DNA from: Thelocarpon superellum | Taxonomy: Eukaryota | Assembly: GCA_026025795.1 (NCBI GenBank) | Contig: JAPEUG010000123.1 | Coordinates: 1 to 40,877, forward strand | Length of the DNA: 40,877 bases | Direction of reading: 5' to 3' | Part shown: positions 35,732 to 40,877 of the stretch, piece by piece | Layout of the letters: the number at the start of each line of letters is the position of its first letter | Position numbering within the stretch: the stretch's first letter is position 1 | Notes under the pieces: generated by a model | The model's database searches: none | What the model was told of the DNA's origin: nothing | Seen by the model: the letters and a program-made list of their open reading frames with translations, nothing else | Program-made: the position numbers and the translations under genes

Positions 35732-35900
35732 TGCGCCAGACCATCCCACGAGACTTTCACCCGTCATCCACGCGACGCTTCATCCACCGGGTTTCAACGT
35801 AGGAAGCTCCAGTCCTCGTCTCGTCCCGCCAGTCCCACGTGAAGAGGGAGGGCAGAAGCCATGCGTACGCGCGCTTGACACCGCAACTGGACGTAATCAG

Positions 35901-36011
35901 GAGAGAAGGGAAGAGAAGGGAAGAGAAGAGAAGAGAAGAGAAGGGCTGGGAAGAGAAGAGAAGAGAAGAGAAGAGAAGAGAGAAGTAAAGAAGAGGGAGA
36001 AGAGGAGAAGA
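35901..36011. repeat. Imperfect (AAGAG)n purine microsatellite
   Basis: AAGAG/AAGGG array between the convergent permease and GS-like genes. Confidence 0.9.
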
Positions 36012-36141
36012 AAACAACCAAATACCTAAAGGTATCAAATCGACACGGGGCCAGAGGGGTGGTTGGCGGGCTGATCTGATTGTATCAAGATATCAAGGGG
36101 GGGCTGGGCGGCGGAGTCAGGTGTCGCACAGAGTTGGGTAT

Positions 36142-36161
36142 GATAGGATAGGATAGGATAG
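36142..36161. repeat. (GATAG)4 microsatellite
   Basis: Four perfect copies. Confidence 0.9.
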
Positions 36162-36454
36162 GGCAGGACGGGGCGTAATGTGCGTGATTGAATGACACTC
36201 GCAAGGAGGCCTCCCCCCGATCACGGGGATGGAAGTGGTAGTCTCAAGTACGCCCTGACTATTCCAGTCATAGGTGTGTGCAGTTCATGTGGCACCCCCA
36301 AGGTACCACACAACGAGCATCTGCGATTGAATGGACGAAGAAGAGTCGGGTATGCGCAGACTGACCAGCGTCCGGCGATTGCTAGCTCGATACACGGCAG
36401 CGGCGGACGATAAACACGTGTATCTCAAATGGGACTTGGTACTCGCACAGCATG

Positions 36455-38133
36455 TCATACTGTCTCAATATATCGTTTGACTTCCCTATTCGCACCTCAC
36501 TGTCAAGATCACGCCCGTGCGTCGGGGACGGGCAGGAAACATACCAATCCGTGACGGCCACATCCCAAAGTCGAATCTCATGCTCCCTCGTACCGGCGAA
36601 GTGGTCGACAAAATCGTCACCAAAGACCTCGCGGGCTACGCTCCCCTCGGCTGCGAACCGCTCGTTGGCTTCCTTCAGGGACCGCGCTAGTCGCTGCCCA
36701 CTTGGAACCCCGCTGCCTCTCTCGCTTGTGTCCTCGCCCTTCCCCAGCGGTGGGATGGAGATTTCGAGCTTCTCTTCTATGCCACGGTATCCGAGGGCGA
36801 GAATGGCGGCGAGGGCGTAGTGTGGGTTTGCGTCTGCGCCTGGCACGCGAATCTCGAAGCGCGTGGCTTTCGCCGGAGCCGTGGGCGGGGCGATCAGGCG
36901 AATCGAGGCGCTGCGGTGCTCGAGGCCCCACGATACGGTGACCGGGGCCCAGAAGTTCTCGACCAGTCGTTTGTAGCTGTTGATCGTCGGAGCGAGGAGC
37001 GGCATGATGTCTGGGAGGCCCGCGAGGAGCCCGGCCAGGAAGTGTCGGCCCAGATCCGAGAGGTGGACCAGGTCGGGGTATGGGGCGTCTGGATCTGGCG
37101 TGGAGCGGTGCAACAGATTCTTGCCCGTGTCCTGGTCGACGAGTGAGACGTGCATGTGTCCGGAACATCCTGGTAGCCCTTCTCGTGGCTTGGCCATGAA
37201 GCATGGCGTGATGCCATGTTTGCTACCGAGCGATTTGACCACGTATCTGGAGAGGCGCGGGCAGGTTAGATGGGGGGCGTGCTTGTCACCACGCAGACGA
37301 ACTCACTTGAAGAGACTAGCTTTGTCGGCCATGGGCCCGATCTCTCCGTATTCCAATGCCTGTCCACGTCGTGTCAGAACCATCCCTTTCTTCGCACATC
37401 CTTACGTACTGCCTCGAACACGCCCGGTCCGGTCTCGGTATGCCATCCTTCGATCTTACAATCAAAGGAGACACACGCGTCGTATACGCCGTAGTAGTAG
37501 TCTTGATTCAAGACTGGACGTGTGACGCTATACCCAAACATACCCTCGGTGAGTGAGGGCAGCGTGTTGACTGAGTTCTCTTGTAGGAATTTCGCGATCG
37601 ATTGAGGCTGGCTGCCCGTCGTACCGTCCGTCGACGGAACACGGAACTGAAAGAATTCGTACTCCGCTATCGAGTGGTCAACAGGGGAGGATTCAAGGCT
37701 GGATTCGGGAAATGATACCCCCCGCCAACGCTCGCATGCCGTCCTTCCCAAGCTTCGTGACAAGGGTCTCCAAAAGACCTCGCGGACAGGCACTGACCGG
37801 CTTCTTGCTGTCGGGATCGTGAAAGGTAACGAGGAAGAAGGGCACGTCATTCTCCCATGGTATCCGTCGAAAGGAGTTGAGGTCCGGAACCGCAATCAGA
37901 TCTCGGTAGCCCGTCTCCGCTGTGCTTATCTTCAACTCCTTGAAATACGTCTGATCGTGCATGTCCCAGCCAAAGAGGACCGAGCAAAAGCCGAATCCCT
38001 CCTTCGCCACGGACAGGAACTTGTCCTTGGCCATGACCTTGCCGCGGAGGACGCCATCGACGTCGATTCCGGCCACCTTGACCTTGGTGTCATCTTGCAG
38101 AAGCTGGGGAAGCTTGGCAGCGGTGATGGACAT
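36455..38133 (-). CDS. Type I glutamine-synthetase-like gamma-glutamyl ligase (GlnA4/PuuA-like), 5 exons
   Basis: DGVLRGK, AEYEFF, HTETGPGVFE, FMAKP..GCSGHMHVS, NSYKRL..FWAP, RFEIRVPGAD, C-terminal VTDW-EVKRY. Not the eukaryotic GSII Gln1 type. Confidence 0.88.
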
Positions 38134-38972
38134 CTCGGGCGATACTCCGCCACATATACTCCCTACGGCGCGTTGATTGCGTGATCGGATGACGAAGAAG
38201 GCTAAGATCGATCAGGCCTCACTCGTCTCCTCGCCCAATATGACGAGTTTGTGCTGGTAATGGGTCTGGACTTGAAGGCGCTGGGGCATGCTCCTTCGTG
38301 GGGCATGGATGCCGGCTGGTGCGGCCGTGCCGTCATTCTCACTCACTCGCTTAAGGGCGGTATCCTGGCCGATCAGTGCAGCGCGGACATCCCAACCACT
38401 CGGACGTCGCGTGTAGAGACCCATTCTGTGCAAGTGCTGACCGTCTGAGGATGCACATCTGACTTGCGTCAAGCACTACCAGACGACGCGCTTACTTGTA
38501 CGGGAGAGGGTTTGCAAAATGACCGGACGCCTTCATAATTGACTGCGAATCTCTACACTGACGTCTGGCTTGGACTGATGGGCGCGCTCCACGATTGCAT
38601 ATCTAGCATAGTACCAAATCAGTGGTCGCGTTCCGTGGTAGACCATGTTGCAATATGGGAATAGAAGGGGGTGCTCCGTACTCGCTCTCTAAGAGGGGTT
38701 ACCCTTTATTTGCCAGTGGGGAACTTGAACCCTGCACACTCCCTCCCGTACGTGGTCCCGACACCGATTGTACGTATGACGGCCCAGGCCGCCACGTGCA
38801 TTCCTTGTGGCTAACCAGCTCGCGTGCCCCACCAAGGCATCTAGTCTTCTTTCCAGTGGGCCATTGGGCCATATCCGCATTCAAAGGGCTCTGTGGCCTG
38901 TGTCGAGCTTGTCTAGATACCAAACATACCTTTCATCCCTGTCAAGCTCATCCGCGATTCCTACGAGCTACC
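38134..38972. promoter_or_regulatory. Divergent promoter shared by the GS-like ligase and SDR genes
   Basis: Head-to-head ATGs at 38133 and 38973 with no credible CDS between them. Confidence 0.6.
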
Positions 38973-40073
38973 ATGACGTCCAGCGTTCCGAAAGGACGGC
39001 TGGACGGGAAGAATGCCATCATCACCGGCGCAGCTGGGTGAGTCATGGTCATGGGATGCCCATCCACCGAGACCGCCCATTCTGTACTCCGACTGATCTG
39101 GTTGCAGTGGTATTGGTCTCGAGACGACCATTCTCATGGCTCGAGAGGGGGCTTCGGTCCTTATGGCCGACATTAACGCTGCGGCGTTAAATAGCGCCCT
39201 CGAAAAGGTGCACGAGCTTGTCCCTTCCGCCCCGCGACTCGAGACCATCATCTGCGATGTATCCTCGGAAGGATCCGTCACGGCCATGGTCGAGCACGTC
39301 GACGCCTGGGGAGGCGTTGACGTCATGTTTAACAACGCCGGCATCATGCACGGCAAGGACGACGACGCTATCAACACTCCCGAAGCCATCTGGGATCTCA
39401 CGCAAAACATCAACGTCAAGGGCGTCTGGTTCGGGAGTAAACATGCCGTCCTGAGCATGCGTCGACACCAGAAACACCGAGGGAGCATCATCAACACTGC
39501 CAGCGTCGTGGCTTTGATCGGCAGCGCCACTCCGCAGCTGGCATACACGGCCAGTAAAGGGGCCGTGTTGGCCATGACCCGAGAACTGGCCATGGTACAC
39601 GCCAAGGAGGGTGTGCCGTCCCTTCCTCCTCCCTTCAACCCGCTACTCACACAACTCTTCCTCACCTAGGCATCCGTTTTAACGCGCTTTGTCCCGCGCC
39701 TCTCAAGTTCGTCCACGGCTCCTCTCCCTACCTCCACGTACGCCGTACTGACCAGCACCAGCACCCCCCTGCTACAAGACTGGCTAGGTGACGACGCAGC
39801 GAAGCGGCACAGGCGGGAGATTCACTTTCCCACGGGACGATTCGGCGAGGCCATTGAACAGGCACACGCCGTGGTCTTTCTCGCCAGCGACGAGAGTAGC
39901 TTCGTCAACGGGGCCGATTTCGTCGTGGACGGCGGGCTTACGAAGGTATGTTATCTTTCTGTTTGATCCCATTTGATTCAGGATGATGCAGGAAAGGGGC
40001 TGAGTGGATGATGAAGGCGTATACCACTGCCGAAGGACCCGCTACAGATCCCCCGCCCAACAATGCGCGTTAG
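38973..40073 (+). CDS. Classical short-chain dehydrogenase/reductase, Rv2857c/SCO1611-like, 5 exons
   Basis: TGAAGGIG, Asp after beta2 (MADIN, suggesting NAD), NNAG, catalytic S and YTASK, CPAPLNTPLL..HFPTGRF, DGGLTKAYTT; includes a micro-exon of about 37 nt near 39670..39706. Confidence 0.9.
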
Positions 40074-40877
40074 CAAGGGGGGGTCTGTACAGGGTGCGAG
40101 CCAGGGTGGGCTTGATGAACCGAAACGAGCAACGATGGATCAGTGACGATGATTAGACAGACGGTACACCGTAGACGAATAGAGCGAGGTCATGTTTGGT
40201 GAATCCACGTGTTGTCTGCAACCGTGGACATCATGTAGTCTGCCTTCGGACCTGTACTCTGCGCACGATCCGGACCCCAAGACTGAACAACATTAGCACC
40301 GGCGCACGCGAGCGCAGGAGATTGAAAGGCTCCACGTTTATTGGGTTCTTACCAGGAGCCTTCCCCCTTTTCGTGGACATGCTTTCAATAGCAGGGAGCA
40401 ACGCTCAAGTGCAAAAAGCGTCTTCACTTGACGGAAGAATTGGGGACGTGCAGAACAGTTTCCTCCGGCCGCTGGTACGGACCACTGGTGCTCGTGCTCG
40501 TAGTACGGGTAGTCCACAGTAGTACAGAGTGCGCGTACGAGCACAAGTACCAAGCTACGCTGTTGAACGGTCACGTGGATGGGTCGCTTATGTTACGACG
40601 GCTGTTTAGCTGGGGACGAGCGACATATCGTTCCGGCCCTAGCCCGGCTAGCTAGAGACTTACATGCATTCCCGACCGATGAGTCCGGCTTGCAGCTGGG
40701 TAAGTCAACCAGAGCCATCCGGCCAGAGGCGATATCGCCCCAGCTGGGGCCTCTCCAGTCCCTCGAGCCCCCACCGAACGTATCCGACCGCACGACCCAT
40801 GTCCGTACCTCGCCCCCCAACTCCATTCTAGCCCTGACTCCTTCGCAATGCGTCCCATGCCACAGAGGCGTGTCTCC

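Noticed and set aside
38622..38972. N-terminal extension or mitochondrial presequence for the SDR
   Set aside because: The in-frame upstream sequence is not presequence-like, the presequence-like reading is out of frame, and ATG 38973 has good context.
23925..40073. One large cluster linking amine glutamylation to propionyl-CoA disposal
   Set aside because: The housekeeping NEW1 gene intervenes and nothing in the sequence shows a C3 amine substrate; only cross-species synteny could revive the idea.

Overview
Intron-rich, GC-rich genomic DNA from a filamentous ascomycete (Pezizomycotina-type introns, mostly 45-120 nt, with CTRAC branch points; class not determinable here). Left to right: a gene-poor first 4.8 kb; an unannotated 48-aa secreted peptide gene; a GT91/GH130-like type II membrane protein; an MFS transporter; an accessory island with nested miniature TGT..ACA elements, an F-box gene and a Pro-rich ORF; a CE2/SGNH-like protein apparently lacking catalytic residues; divergent YIF1/SRP101; an Mpv17/PMP22 gene; a conserved-looking hypothetical gene; the divergent methylcitrate synthase/methylisocitrate lyase pair; and a New1/Elf1 ABC-F ATPase. 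The best candidate for an undescribed system is the terminal three-gene group (Hnm1-like choline/ethanolamine permease, glutamine-synthetase-like gamma-glutamyl ligase, Rv2857c/SCO1611-like SDR), which resembles the bacterial gamma-glutamylation route for ethanolamine use. Exon models were built by hand and family calls come from remembered motifs, not database searches.
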